48,776 nt of DNA from Polyangiaceae bacterium (GCA_044222475.1 JBGANF010000052.1:1-48776); one strand, 5' to 3'; counted from the first letter of the stretch, positions 19,597-29,653 are shown. Notes: a model not told the origin generated them from the letters alone. Numbers and translations are program-made.

Positions 19597-21576
19597 ATGG
19601 ACGTGCTTCTCGTCGGTGCCGAGCTCGAAGAAAATCTGGCGCTGCGCTACCTCGCTTCGGCGCTCGAAGCCGCAGGACATCGACCGCACTTCGCGACCTT
19701 CGACAACGCCGAGCAGACCGAGGACGTGGTCGCGGCCATGCGCCGCATCCGCCCTGCGATCATCGGGATGTCGATGACGTTCCAGTTCCGCGCGAAGCAG
19801 TTCGGAGCCCTCGCCTCGGCGCTTCGACAAGGCGGCTTCCGAGGCCACATCACCGGGGGCGGCCACTTCCCGACGTTCGCGTTCCGTGAGTGCCTCGAAG
19901 AGTTTCCCGCGATCGACAGCATCGTCCGCCACGAGGGCGAGATCACCCTGGTCGAGCTGTGCCGCGCGGTCGAGCGCGGCGCTGGCGAGGCCGAGCTGAA
20001 GGCGATTCGAGGTCTCGCGTTCCGCGACGCGAGCGGGGCGGTCGTGGTCAACGAGGCGCGCCCGCTGATCGAGGACCTGGATTCCCTCCCCTTCCCCAAG
20101 CGCATCGGAGAGCCGCAGCTCCACCTCGGCATCCCCGCCGCGTTCCTCGTGGGGACGCGCGGCTGCTTCGGGCACTGCACGTTCTGCTGCATCCACGCGT
20201 ACCTGAAGTCCGCCGGTGGCCCGAAGTATCGGTGGCGCAGCCCCGAGAACCTCGCCGACGAGATGGAGGAGCTCCGCAAGAAGCGCGGCGCGCGGATGTT
20301 CGTGTTCCACGACGACGATTTCTTCACCCGGGATCACGAACGCGACTACGAGCGCGTGGTCGCGCTACGCGACGGACTGAAGAAGCGCGGCGTCGACGAC
20401 GTCGCGATCGTCGTCAAGGCGCGCCCCGACGACGTGGACGAGCGCGTCTTCGACATCCTCCAGGACATCGGGCTCCTCCGCGTGTACCTCGGGATCGAAG
20501 CCGGCTCGACCCAGGGGCTTCGCATCCTGGGACGCGGGGTCGACCTCGCGCAGAACCGCCGCGCGCTCGAGTTCCTCCGCGATCGAGACGTCTACACCTG
20601 CTTCAACATGCTCGTGTTCGATCCGGAGTCGCGCCTCGAGTCGCTGAAGGAGAGCTTCGCCTTCCTCCGCGAGTACGCGGACGTCCCGATGAACTTCTGC
20701 CGCACCGAGATCTACGTCGGGACGCCGCTGATGACGAAGCTCGCGCGGGAGAGCCGCCTCGTCGGCGACGTCTTCGGGTGGGACTACGCGATCAAGGATC
20801 CTCGCGCCGAGCGCGCGTTCCGGATCTTCGCGAGCGCGTTCCTCGATCGGAACTTCCGCTGCGACGGGCTCATGAACTCGACGCTCGGGCTCGGGTATCA
20901 CCTGCACTTGGCGCGGACGTTCTACCCGCGCTCGGTGACGCGCTCGCTCGCGGAGGCTGCTCGCGCCACGACCCGAGCGGTCAACCTCGACTGCGTGGAG
21001 AGGATGGAGAAGATCCTCGACTTCGCTGGGACCGAGCGGGCGTCCGACCCGGCGGCGCTCGAGGACTTCACGGCGCAGATGACCGTCGAGGTCGAGGCCG
21101 CGAACCGCGTGCTCGAGGACCGAGTCGCGGGCGCCACGACCGACATCATCCGCGCGGCGCTGAGCCCGCGCACCGTGAAGCCCGCGCGCGCCGCGGCGTC
21201 GCGGTGGGGCGCGCTCAGCGCGGCGGCCCTCGCGCTCGCACCGCTCGCGTGCGACAAGCCCGCGCAGCCGCCGCCGCCGGATCCGCTCCCGATGCCCACG
21301 CTGGTCTCTGGGCCGCCCGACGCCGAGGCCGAGGCCGAGGTCGTGATGCCGCCTCCCAACGACCCGCTCCCTGCGCCCAGCGTGAGCGCGACGGCTCCTT
21401 CGCTCGACGCCGGCGTGCTCGACGCGTCGGACGCGGCGGTGAAGATCAAGGACGCCGGTCGAGACGCGGCGCGACGGTTGCCACCTCCACCGGATCCGTT
21501 GCCGCCGCCGACGGTGCGGCCGCTGCCGCCGCCGCCCGATCCGCTGCCGAGACCGCACACGACGCCGAAGCACTGA
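19597..21576 (+). CDS. Cobalamin-binding radical SAM protein fused to a C-terminal hydrophobic segment and Pro-rich PPxDPLP repeats
   Basis: GGAGG RBS; ENLALRYLAS and GGHFPTF (B12-binding domain), HEGE, TRGCFGHCTFC (CxxxCxxC), FHDDDF, LGIEAG. Confidence 0.9.
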   Translation: MDVLLVGAELEENLALRYLASALEAAGHRPHFATFDNAEQTEDVVAAMRRIRPAIIGMSMTFQFRAKQFGALASALRQGGFRGHITGGGHFPTFAFRECLEEFPAIDSIVRHEGEITLVELCRAVERGAGEAELKAIRGLAFRDASGAVVVNEARPLIEDLDSLPFPKRIGEPQLHLGIPAAFLVGTRGCFGHCTFCCIHAYLKSAGGPKYRWRSPENLADEMEELRKKRGARMFVFHDDDFFTRDHERDYERVVALRDGLKKRGVDDVAIVVKARPDDVDERVFDILQDIGLLRVYLGIEAGSTQGLRILGRGVDLAQNRRALEFLRDRDVYTCFNMLVFDPESRLESLKESFAFLREYADVPMNFCRTEIYVGTPLMTKLARESRLVGDVFGWDYAIKDPRAERAFRIFASAFLDRNFRCDGLMNSTLGLGYHLHLARTFYPRSVTRSLAEAARATTRAVNLDCVERMEKILDFAGTERASDPAALEDFTAQMTVEVEAANRVLEDRVAGATTDIIRAALSPRTVKPARAAASRWGALSAAALALAPLACDKPAQPPPPDPLPMPTLVSGPPDAEAEAEVVMPPPNDPLPAPSVSATAPSLDAGVLDASDAAVKIKDAGRDAARRLPPPPDPLPPPTVRPLPPPPDPLPRPHTTPKH

Positions 21577-21603
21577 GCGACCGCTTCCGGCTACTCTGGC
21601 TCG

Positions 21604-22677
21604 ATGGCGAAGCCGCCCGCTACGCGATGCGTCTGCTGCGGGGTCGAGGCCGCGTCCGGTGCGCCTTGTCCGTCGTGCGCACGCCCCGTCCCGACGGGGC
21701 GCTGGACGCAGATCGAACTACCCGACCGTGCACGGAGCGAGCGGCAGGTGGCTCTGGCGTACGCAGCGGTGTGGCTGCTCGTCGCGATCGCAGCTTCGAC
21801 CTTCGGCATGTACCTGGTGCGGGTTTCCTACCGAAGCTTCGCAGCAGCAAGTGAGGGGCTCGCGTTTCGAGGCATCCTGATGATCGTTGCCCTCGGTGTC
21901 CCACTCGGCGCGTACTCCATCGTCACTGCGAGAAAGGGAGTCCTGAACCTCCTCGACGCGACCCGTGGCACGTCATGGCGCTGGGAGAGCGATCGAGGCG
22001 GGCCCTCGATGTTCGCCATCGCGCGCGACGGAGACGTCAAGTGGATCGAAGGCGAGGCTCACTTTCGCGTCGGCAAGGACGTGTCGGGCGCGGAGGTATC
22101 CACCGGCGAAGTGTTTCGACTCGGGCTGCGCGACCTCGCCCGGGCCCTGGACGAGGATCCCCGCGACCTCCTCGTGCTCGCGGCGTTCGCCGGGATGATC
22201 GCGCGCTCGGAGCTTCGGGTGGGCAGGACCTTGTACCGAAAGTGGGCTCACGACAAGGCTGCCGTCGAAGTACCAGGTTGGGATGTGCGCGCGATGGCCC
22301 CACCGCTCGCTGCCAGCGACCCGATCGAGCGGGCGATCATGGTGGGACTGCCCCCCGTGTCTTCAGCGGCGGAATCCAGCGTCGCCCCGTATCGTGGCCT
22401 CGCGCCCGAAGCCCAGCCCGAGCTCGATCTCGCGGCGACTCCCCTGAAGGACGTCTGGAACGCCGCGTGGCTCGCGGCAGGCGCTCACCATGAAGACGAT
22501 CACCAGCGGCAGGAGGGAGACGACGAGCGCTACGTCGCACTCCGCGAACGTCTCCGCTCCTGGCTCGCCAACGAACCGGCGTTTCATGCCGCGGTCGTGG
22601 AGCTGTGCGACGAGCGTCGGGTGGGGCCACGAAGACCGAAGGTGGCCGTCAGCGACGGAGAACCTCGTCCAGGATGA
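21604..22677 (+). CDS. Hypothetical membrane protein with N-terminal zinc-ribbon-like Cys motif
   Basis: CVCC..CPSC; two TM helices; 29-nt convergent overlap with the prenyltransferase gene. Confidence 0.6.
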   Translation: MAKPPATRCVCCGVEAASGAPCPSCARPVPTGRWTQIELPDRARSERQVALAYAAVWLLVAIAASTFGMYLVRVSYRSFAAASEGLAFRGILMIVALGVPLGAYSIVTARKGVLNLLDATRGTSWRWESDRGGPSMFAIARDGDVKWIEGEAHFRVGKDVSGAEVSTGEVFRLGLRDLARALDEDPRDLLVLAAFAGMIARSELRVGRTLYRKWAHDKAAVEVPGWDVRAMAPPLAASDPIERAIMVGLPPVSSAAESSVAPYRGLAPEAQPELDLAATPLKDVWNAAWLAAGAHHEDDHQRQEGDDERYVALRERLRSWLANEPAFHAAVVELCDERRVGPRRPKVAVSDGEPRPG

Positions 22678-23524
22678 CGAGGCCGAAGAACCCGAGGCTC
22701 ACGTACGCGTTCACGTCGAAGAACGCCTTGTCGATCTTGGCCAGGTTTCCCTTCCCCACCAAGACGTGCTCGTAGACGAGCAGCGCCGCGCACGCGGCGA
22801 CGCCGGCGAAGAACGCGGGACCGCGGTGCAGCAGGAGCCCGGTCGCGGCGAAGCACGCAACTGTCCCAACATGGGACACCGCGCTGATGATCAGCGCGCC
22901 AGTGAGGCCGAAGCGCGCCGGGATCGAGTGGAGCTTCGCGTCGCGGTCGAAGCCTTCGTCCTGGAGCGAATAGAGGACGTCGAAGCCAAGTAGCCACGTG
23001 ACGACGCCGAGCATCAGCGCCACGATGCCGACGTTCGGAGCGGCGCCGGATGCGAGCCACGCCCCGCCGGGCGCGAGCGCCAGCGCGACGCCGAGCCACG
23101 CATGTGCCAGCCAGGTGAACCGCTTGGCGAGCGAGTACCCGAGCAGCACGACGAGAACGAGCGGCGCAAGAACCGCCGGCCAGAACCCGAGCGTGGCCGC
23201 GGCCCCGAGGAAGAGCGCGCCGCTCAGGATCGTGAGCGCCAACGCTTCCCCGGGTTTCACTGCGCCCGCCGGGATGTGGCGACTCTTCGTGCGCGGGTTC
23301 TTCGCGTCGACGTCGCGGTCGGCCCAGCGGTTGAACGCCATCGCGCTCGTACGGGCGGCCACCATGCAGACCACCATTGCGACGACGCGCAGCACCGTGA
23401 GCGGTTGGCGACCGGGCTCGGCCCGCGCGAGCACGAGCGCGCTGCCGGCGAACGGCATCGCGAACACGGTGTGGGAGATCGCGACCAGACCACCGTAGTT
23501 GCGCAGCCGCGAGAGGACCCTCAT
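22649..23524 (-). CDS. UbiA-family polyprenyltransferase (MqnP-like)
   Basis: HTVFAMPFA, AFNRWADRDVDAKNPRT, YSLAKRFT, FDVLYSLQDEGFD; mqn operon context. Confidence 0.92.
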   Translation of the reverse strand: MRVLSRLRNYGGLVAISHTVFAMPFAGSALVLARAEPGRQPLTVLRVVAMVVCMVAARTSAMAFNRWADRDVDAKNPRTKSRHIPAGAVKPGEALALTILSGALFLGAAATLGFWPAVLAPLVLVVLLGYSLAKRFTWLAHAWLGVALALAPGGAWLASGAAPNVGIVALMLGVVTWLLGFDVLYSLQDEGFDRDAKLHSIPARFGLTGALIISAVSHVGTVACFAATGLLLHRGPAFFAGVAACAALLVYEHVLVGKGNLAKIDKAFFDVNAYVSLGFFGLVILDEVLRR

Positions 23525-24750
23525 GGCGCCTCCGGGAAGGCTTCGGCGACGATGCGTCGCGGGCGATGGAGGTTCTGAAGGAGCCACGCCGACGGATCGC
23601 CGACGACCGCACCTTCGACCGCGACGAGCCCGGGACGAAGTCCCTCGCCGATGGTACCACGTTGGGACACCCCGAGCGCGCGCGCGCCGCCGAGCGTCGC
23701 CATCGAGACGAGCTCGTTGGCTGGCACCTCGGGGAAGCGGTCGGCGAGGACCTTCGCCTCGGCGAGGAGGTCGAGAGACGCGTTCGACGCGAGCGAGTCG
23801 GTGCCGAGCGCCAGCGGGATGCCGTGACGGCGCAGATCGAGCAACGGTGGTAGCGCATCCTCGATGTGGAGGTTCGATCGGGGACAGAGAACGACCCGGG
23901 CCCCGCGCTCGCGCAGCAACCCCAGCTCCTCCGATCGAGCGTCGGTGAGGTGGACCAGCGCCACGTGCGGCCCGAGTGCGCCCAGCGCGTCGGCGGCGGC
24001 GATCGGACCGAGGCGTGGCCACGGGAGCGCGACGGCATCGATCCCGAGCTGCGCCCCGAGCCAGTCGACCACCGGTCCCTCGCCCCGCTCCAGCGCGCGG
24101 CGCTCGCCGGGGTGCTCGGCCAGGTGGAGCGAGGTCACCGCACCCGTGCTCCGCGCGCTCTGCGCGATCTCGCGGACGACGCTCCCACCGAGCGTGTAGA
24201 GCGTGTGCGGCGCCACCGCGTAGCGGAAGCTGGCCGGCCACTCCAGCGCGGCGCGCTCGCCGGCCATCGTCGCGATGCGAGCGCGGGCGCGCGCGTCGTC
24301 GAGCGAGAAGACCTCGTGGAAGACCACCCCACCGATGCGAGCGCGCGCGAGAGCCCGAACGGAGCCGAGCCCGTTGGTCACCTCGCCGACGGCGACGGTC
24401 CCGGCCGCGCGGAGCGACGTGACGGCGGCGTCGATACCTGCAGCGACGTCGCCTTCGGAGAGCGCAGCCCGCGCCGCGATCAGCTCTTTCACCCACGGGA
24501 CGAAGCCTCGACCCTCGCCGAGGCGGCCGCGGAGCGCCGACAGCTCGACGTGGACGTGCGCGTTGACCAGCCCGGGAAAGACGACGCCGTGGATGCGGTC
24601 GGTGGGGAGCAGCGCGTACCGCGAGTCGACGAAAACGTCGCGCGCCTCTCCGACGGCGACGATCACGTCCGCGTCGTCGAGCACGATCGCACCGTCGGCG
24701 AGCGGCGCCGCCTCGGGCACGATCACGTGGTCGGCGTGGACGATGCGCAC
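23521..24750 (-). CDS. Amidohydrolase, probable aminofutalosine deaminase
   Basis: PGLVNAHVH, HLAE, CPRSN, LGTDSLASN; the specific function is inferred from operon context. Confidence 0.8.
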   Translation of the reverse strand: MRIVHADHVIVPEAAPLADGAIVLDDADVIVAVGEARDVFVDSRYALLPTDRIHGVVFPGLVNAHVHVELSALRGRLGEGRGFVPWVKELIAARAALSEGDVAAGIDAAVTSLRAAGTVAVGEVTNGLGSVRALARARIGGVVFHEVFSLDDARARARIATMAGERAALEWPASFRYAVAPHTLYTLGGSVVREIAQSARSTGAVTSLHLAEHPGERRALERGEGPVVDWLGAQLGIDAVALPWPRLGPIAAADALGALGPHVALVHLTDARSEELGLLRERGARVVLCPRSNLHIEDALPPLLDLRRHGIPLALGTDSLASNASLDLLAEAKVLADRFPEVPANELVSMATLGGARALGVSQRGTIGEGLRPGLVAVEGAVVGDPSAWLLQNLHRPRRIVAEAFPEAP

Positions 24751-24759
24751 CGGACGATC

Positions 24760-26640
24760 CTAGGCCGGCGACCCGAGCCAGTCGTAGCGCACGTTGCGCC
24801 GGACCGCGCGGAAGCCGGCCTCGCGGATCCGCGCCTCGATGGACGATGCGTTGATGCCGAACGTCGTGCCCGCGCTCGAGACGACGTTCTCTTCGAACAT
24901 GACGCTCCCGAAGTCGTCGGCACCGAAGCGGAGCGCGACCTGCCCGACGTCGGGCCCTTGCGTGACCCACGACGCGCCGACGTGCGACACGTTGTCGAGC
25001 ATGAGCCGCGCGACCGCTTGCTGGCGCAGGTAGAGGTGCGTTCCGTGGTCGCCCGCCGCGATGCGGACGCCTTGCTCGTGCTGGAAGTCCCAGCAGAAGA
25101 ACGCGGTGAACCCGCCCGTCTCGTCCTGGAGATCGCGCAGCTTCACGAGGTGGTTGATGCGATCACGCGCGCTGTCGACCGTGCCGTACATCATGGTGGC
25201 GCTCGAGCGCAGGCCCATGTGGTGCGCGGTGCGCATGACGCCGAGCCACTCGTCGCTCGTGCACTTGGCCTTCGCGATCTTGCGTCGAACGCGATCGACG
25301 AGGATCTCGGCGCCACCGCCCGGCACCGAGTCGAGGCCGGCGGCGTGCAGGCGCTCGAGGACGCGCCGCACCGTCAGCCCTTCGAGCTGCGCGATGTGGA
25401 GGATCTCCTCGGGGGAGAGCGCGTGGAGCCCCAGCGAGAACTCGGACTTCATCCAGCGGAAGAGGTCTTCGTACCACTCGATCCGCAGGTCCGGGTTCAG
25501 CCCGCCCTGAAGGAGGATCTGGACGCCCCCGGCATCGACGACCTCTTGGAGCTTCTGCCGCAGCACGTCGCGCGAGAGGACGTAACCCTCGGGGTGACCT
25601 ACCGGGCGATAGAACGCGCAGAAGCGGCAGCTCGTCGTGCAGACGTTCGTGTAGTTGACGTTCCGATCGACGATGTAGGTCACGACGCCGTCGGGGTGCT
25701 TGCGCTTGCGCACGGCGTCCGCAGCGAGACCGAGATCGAACAGGCCAGCTTCGGCGAGAAGGCGCTCGCCCTCGGCGGCGGAGAGGCGCTCGCCCTCGGC
25801 GGCGCGCGAGAGGAGCGAGTCGATCGACGGTACCAACATGGTACGTCGCTCGTCCCCGAAGAATGCGGCCCGCGCCTTGGGGAGCAGCCCTGCGCGGGCC
25901 GCTTCGTCGAAGAACCGGTCGAGGCCGGCGCGCTCCTCCTCGTCGAAGGCGTACCGGATCGAGTCCACCAGGTAGCTCTCCAGCGAGGCGGGCGCGAGCC
26001 CGGTCTTCTCCGCGTGCGCTCGCGCAATCTCGGCGCGCGCACGGAGACCGCGGACGCGGGCGTCGTCGAAGATGCGCTCGTCGCCCGGCGCGATCGCGCC
26101 CGCGCGACCGCACCACGCGGCGAAGACGAACGGGAGACCGGTCCACCGCGTCCACTCCTCGGCGAGGTCGAAGACGTGCGGGAATTTCCCTTCGATCGCG
26201 AGGGCCGGGTCACCGATGACGAGGGCGCCGGCACGACCGGAGACGTGCGCGATCGCCTCCTTGGCCGGAAGCCCCACGAGCTTCGGCTCGTGACCGAGGC
26301 GATGGCGGAGGAGCAGCCGCGCAAGCACGACGCTCGTGCGCGACGACAAGTCGAGGGCGATGGACTCGAGCTCGTCGATGGGGCGCTCGGACACGATGGC
26401 GACGCTCCGCACCTTGCCGCGAGCGCCGATCGCGCTGCCGCGGATCATGCGGAGGTCGCCGATCGCCGCCGCTGCCGCGACGGGCATCAGGGCGATGCGC
26501 GCTTCGTCCTCGGCGACGCGCCGCGCGACCTCGGCGGGGAGCCCGAGCGAGAGCTCGACTCGAGGATCCGTTGCGAGCCCTTCGTAGAGCGGGCGCGCGT
26601 TGAGGTACTCGACTCCCGCGACGGCGATGCGTTCAGTCAT
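24760..26640 (-). CDS. mqnC: MqnA (chorismate dehydratase)-MqnC (cyclic dehypoxanthinyl futalosine synthase) fusion
   Basis: N-terminal YLNARPL, SSRTSVVL, VIGDPAL, TGLPFVFAAW (MqnA); C-terminal YIVDRNVNYTNVCTTSCRFCAF, LLQGG, GADDFGSVMFEENVV (MqnC); one uninterrupted frame. Confidence 0.9.
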   Translation of the reverse strand: MTERIAVAGVEYLNARPLYEGLATDPRVELSLGLPAEVARRVAEDEARIALMPVAAAAAIGDLRMIRGSAIGARGKVRSVAIVSERPIDELESIALDLSSRTSVVLARLLLRHRLGHEPKLVGLPAKEAIAHVSGRAGALVIGDPALAIEGKFPHVFDLAEEWTRWTGLPFVFAAWCGRAGAIAPGDERIFDDARVRGLRARAEIARAHAEKTGLAPASLESYLVDSIRYAFDEEERAGLDRFFDEAARAGLLPKARAAFFGDERRTMLVPSIDSLLSRAAEGERLSAAEGERLLAEAGLFDLGLAADAVRKRKHPDGVVTYIVDRNVNYTNVCTTSCRFCAFYRPVGHPEGYVLSRDVLRQKLQEVVDAGGVQILLQGGLNPDLRIEWYEDLFRWMKSEFSLGLHALSPEEILHIAQLEGLTVRRVLERLHAAGLDSVPGGGAEILVDRVRRKIAKAKCTSDEWLGVMRTAHHMGLRSSATMMYGTVDSARDRINHLVKLRDLQDETGGFTAFFCWDFQHEQGVRIAAGDHGTHLYLRQQAVARLMLDNVSHVGASWVTQGPDVGQVALRFGADDFGSVMFEENVVSSAGTTFGINASSIEARIREAGFRAVRRNVRYDWLGSPA

Positions 26641-27790
26641 GCGCGATCTCCAGGTGGCGCAGCGCCTTGCGATCACGGACCTTGAGCGCGGCCTCGGGCA
26701 TCTCGGCCGCGGCGTACTCGCGCACGACGCGGTAGAGCGTGTCGCGCATCACCGGCACACGTCCGGCCTCGCGGATGAGTCGCACGAGGTCCGCCTCGCG
26801 CAGGCCCTGCGGAACCTTGGATCCCGCCGCGTGGTAGATGGTCTCGTGGACGATGGTCCCGTCGATGTCGTCGGCGCCGAACCGCAGCGCGATCTGAGCG
26901 ACGTCGGGCCCGCTCGACACCCAGTACGCCTTCACGTGCGGGACGTTGTCGACGACGAGCCGCGACACCGCGATCGTCCGAAGGTCATCCATCGCGGTCG
27001 GCGCGGGGAGGTTCTTCATCCCGTTGCCGTCCGGGTGAAACGCCAGCGGGATGAACGCCTGGAACCCGCCGGTCTCGTCTTGGAGCGCGCGCGCGCGGAG
27101 CATGTGATCCACGCGGTGCGCGAACGTCTCGATGTGACCGAAGAGCATCGTCACGTTCGTCTTCATCCCGAGCCGATGAGCGACGCGGTGGACCTCGAGG
27201 TACTCGTCGGCCGTCGCCTTGTCGTGCGAGATGCGGGTGCGCACCTCCGGGTGGAAGATCTCGGCGCCGCCTCCCGGCAGGCTGTCGAGCCCCGCGGCTC
27301 GCAGCTTCGTCAGGACCTCCTCGTAGGTCATCCCGTAGTGCCGCGCGAAGAAGTGGATCTCCACTGCGGTGAAGCACTTCATGTGCACGTCGGGCTTGAT
27401 GCGCTTGAAGCCGCGGAGCAGGTCCTCGTAGTACGAGAACGGGAGCCCCGGGTGCAGGCCGTTGACGACGTGGATCTCGCCCGGCGGGTCGTCCATCCGA
27501 TCCTCGAGCTCCTTCCACGCCTCCTCGAGCGACATCGTGTGCGCCCCCGGCATGTGCTCCTCGAGCTTCGCGAACGAGCAGAAGAGGCACGAGGCGACGC
27601 ATACGTTCGTCACCTCGACGCGCATGTTCTTGTTGAAGTACGTGCGGTCGCCGTGGAGCTTCTCGCGCACCTCGTTCGCGAGCGCGCCGACCGCGAGCGG
27701 GTCGCGATGCAGGAAGAGGGCAACGCCGTCGTCGAGGTCGAGGCGCTCGCCCGCTCGAACCTTCTCGGCGATTCGGTCGAACGTCCTCAC
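26633..27790 (-). CDS. mqnE: Aminofutalosine synthase (radical SAM)
   Basis: TNVCVASCLFCSF, HVVNGLHP, KCFTAVEI, PGGGAEIF, FIPLAFHP, HVKAYW, DIDGT. Confidence 0.92.
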   Translation of the reverse strand: MRTFDRIAEKVRAGERLDLDDGVALFLHRDPLAVGALANEVREKLHGDRTYFNKNMRVEVTNVCVASCLFCSFAKLEEHMPGAHTMSLEEAWKELEDRMDDPPGEIHVVNGLHPGLPFSYYEDLLRGFKRIKPDVHMKCFTAVEIHFFARHYGMTYEEVLTKLRAAGLDSLPGGGAEIFHPEVRTRISHDKATADEYLEVHRVAHRLGMKTNVTMLFGHIETFAHRVDHMLRARALQDETGGFQAFIPLAFHPDGNGMKNLPAPTAMDDLRTIAVSRLVVDNVPHVKAYWVSSGPDVAQIALRFGADDIDGTIVHETIYHAAGSKVPQGLREADLVRLIREAGRVPVMRDTLYRVVREYAAAEMPEAALKVRDRKALRHLEIAHD

Positions 27791-28353
27791 GGCCGCACCT
27801 CCGAGGCTTCGACGTTCGCGCGGGCCGAGGCGAACACCGGCTCTCGCCCGGCGCGGCGGATGAGCCCGGCGAGCTCTTTCTTCGCGAGCGCCTGCACGGA
27901 GACCATCCCCTGCCCTTTCAGCTTCTTCGTCGCGTCCTCGGCGATCGGGAGACCTCGCTTGTTCGCGATCGGACCTTCGAGCTCGCTCGCGCCGAAGCCG
28001 AGCGCGACCTGGGCGATCTCGAGGCCGGCGCTGCCCCAGTCGACGCGGACGCGCGCGCGGGCGGGGCCGGTGATCCGCGCGATCGCGACGCGACGAAGGA
28101 GCACGATGCCGCGCTCCCTCGCGCCGAAGATCGACGCGTCGCCGTGGTCGACCTCGGCGTTCGCGTAGATCTTCACCTCGTCGCCGACCTCTTCCCGTCG
28201 AATCAGATCAGCGAGCGCTCCGAGGAGCAGGAGATCGCACGCTTCGAGGAGCGGCGCGGCCTGTGCCAACGCCGCGAAGTCCCCCGAGCGTCGCGCAGCG
28301 AGGAGCTCACCGAGGCCGCCGCGTTCGATCGCAGAGGTGACGAGCGCGCTCAT
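27787..28353 (-). CDS. Short MqnE/CofH-like paralog lacking the radical SAM core
   Basis: N- and C-terminal blocks align by eye to the neighbouring MqnE; no CxxxCxxC; ATGA/GTGA coupling to both neighbours. Confidence 0.7.
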   Translation of the reverse strand: MSALVTSAIERGGLGELLAARRSGDFAALAQAAPLLEACDLLLLGALADLIRREEVGDEVKIYANAEVDHGDASIFGARERGIVLLRRVAIARITGPARARVRVDWGSAGLEIAQVALGFGASELEGPIANKRGLPIAEDATKKLKGQGMVSVQALAKKELAGLIRRAGREPVFASARANVEASEVRP

Positions 28354-28928
28354 TTCTCGCCTCCCCAGCGCTTCAGGAGGTCGTGCTCCAGGCCGATCTG
28401 ATCGAGCAGCCTTCCGACCACGGTGTCGACCAACGACGAGACGCTCTCGGGCTTGGCGTAGAACGACGGCATCGCCGGGACGACGATCGCTCCCGCCCGC
28501 GCGATCGCGGTCAGGTTCTCGAGGTGGATCACCGACAGCGGCATCTCGCGCGGGACGACGACGAGCGGGCGTCGCTCCTTGATCATCACGTCGGCGGCCC
28601 GCGTCAGCAGCGTGTCGGAGATGCCGTGCGCGATCCGCGCGACGGTGCTCATCGAGCACGGCACGATCACCATCGCGTTCCACCCGGCGCTTCCGCTCGC
28701 GAACGGTGCCCGGTAGTCGCGCAGCCCGAAGCAGGGGAAGTCGTGATCCTTGATCGCCTCGCGGAGGTCCCCGCCGCACTCGAGCGCCCAGACCTCGGGC
28801 GCGGTCGACGAGAGACATACGGCGACCTCGAGGTCGCGACGCTCGCGCCGCGCCACCGACAGGACGTCGAGCAGCCGACGCGCGTACGGAGCGCCGCTCG
28901 CTCCGGTGATGCCGACGACGAGCTTCAC
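28350..28928 (-). CDS. ubiX: UbiX-family flavin prenyltransferase
   Basis: [39 protein letters not shown]. Confidence 0.95.
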   Translation of the reverse strand: MKLVVGITGASGAPYARRLLDVLSVARRERRDLEVAVCLSSTAPEVWALECGGDLREAIKDHDFPCFGLRDYRAPFASGSAGWNAMVIVPCSMSTVARIAHGISDTLLTRAADVMIKERRPLVVVPREMPLSVIHLENLTAIARAGAIVVPAMPSFYAKPESVSSLVDTVVGRLLDQIGLEHDLLKRWGGEK

Positions 28929-29653
28929 GGGCGCTTCTCCGCTACGACGATCGAGGCGATGCCTAGCGTGAGATCGTAGTCGCGCACGTTCGTGAACCCG
29001 GCGCGGCGAAGCAGGCTCGCGTACGCCGCCCGGGTGTGGAATGCGTCCATGCTGCGCGCGAGGTATCGGTACGCCTCGCCATCTCCCGAGACGAGCGCGC
29101 CGACTGCGGGCAACACGTGGCTCGCGTAGGCGGTGTGAAACGCGCGAGTCAAGCGGCGAACTGGCTGAAAGAAGTCGAGCACGACGAAGCGCCCTCCGGG
29201 GCGGAGGACGCGGAGCGCCTCCCGCGCGCCGACCTCGGGATCGGTGAGGTTGCGGACGCCGAAGCCGCAGATCGCGCCGGCGAAGCTGTCGTCGTCGAAC
29301 GGGAGCGCCATCGCGTCGCACACGACGCGCTCGGCGCCGGGTGCCTTGTGGCGCCCGCGATCGAGCATCTCGGCCGCGAAGTCGGCGGCGACGACGCGAG
29401 CGTGTGGGCGCGCCTCGACGAGCAGCGCGGTGAGGTCCATCGTGCCGGCGCACAGATCGAGGAGCGGCCCGTCGGGCGCGGCGTCGACCTCGCGCACGGC
29501 GCGCTTTCGCCAGCGACGGTCCACGCCGCCGCTGAGGACTCGGTTCAGGAGATCGTACGTCGGGGCGATGCGATCGAACATCGATCGGACGGCGTCTCCG
29601 TGTGCAGCCGCGCCACGCTTCTCGACCTCGGCGATGGGGATCGCTTGCGCCAT
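28925..29653 (-). CDS. menG: Demethylmenaquinone methyltransferase (UbiE/MenG)
   Basis: [32 protein letters not shown]. Confidence 0.9.
   Translation of the reverse strand: MAQAIPIAEVEKRGAAAHGDAVRSMFDRIAPTYDLLNRVLSGGVDRRWRKRAVREVDAAPDGPLLDLCAGTMDLTALLVEARPHARVVAADFAAEMLDRGRHKAPGAERVVCDAMALPFDDDSFAGAICGFGVRNLTDPEVGAREALRVLRPGGRFVVLDFFQPVRRLTRAFHTAYASHVLPAVGALVSGDGEAYRYLARSMDAFHTRAAYASLLRRAGFTNVRDYDLTLGIASIVVAEKRP

Noticed and set aside
19597..21576. Radical SAM gene as the menaquinone methyltransferase MqnK/MenK
   Set aside because: MqnK/MenK are HemN-like class C enzymes; this protein has a B12-binding domain and lies outside the operon on the opposite strand.
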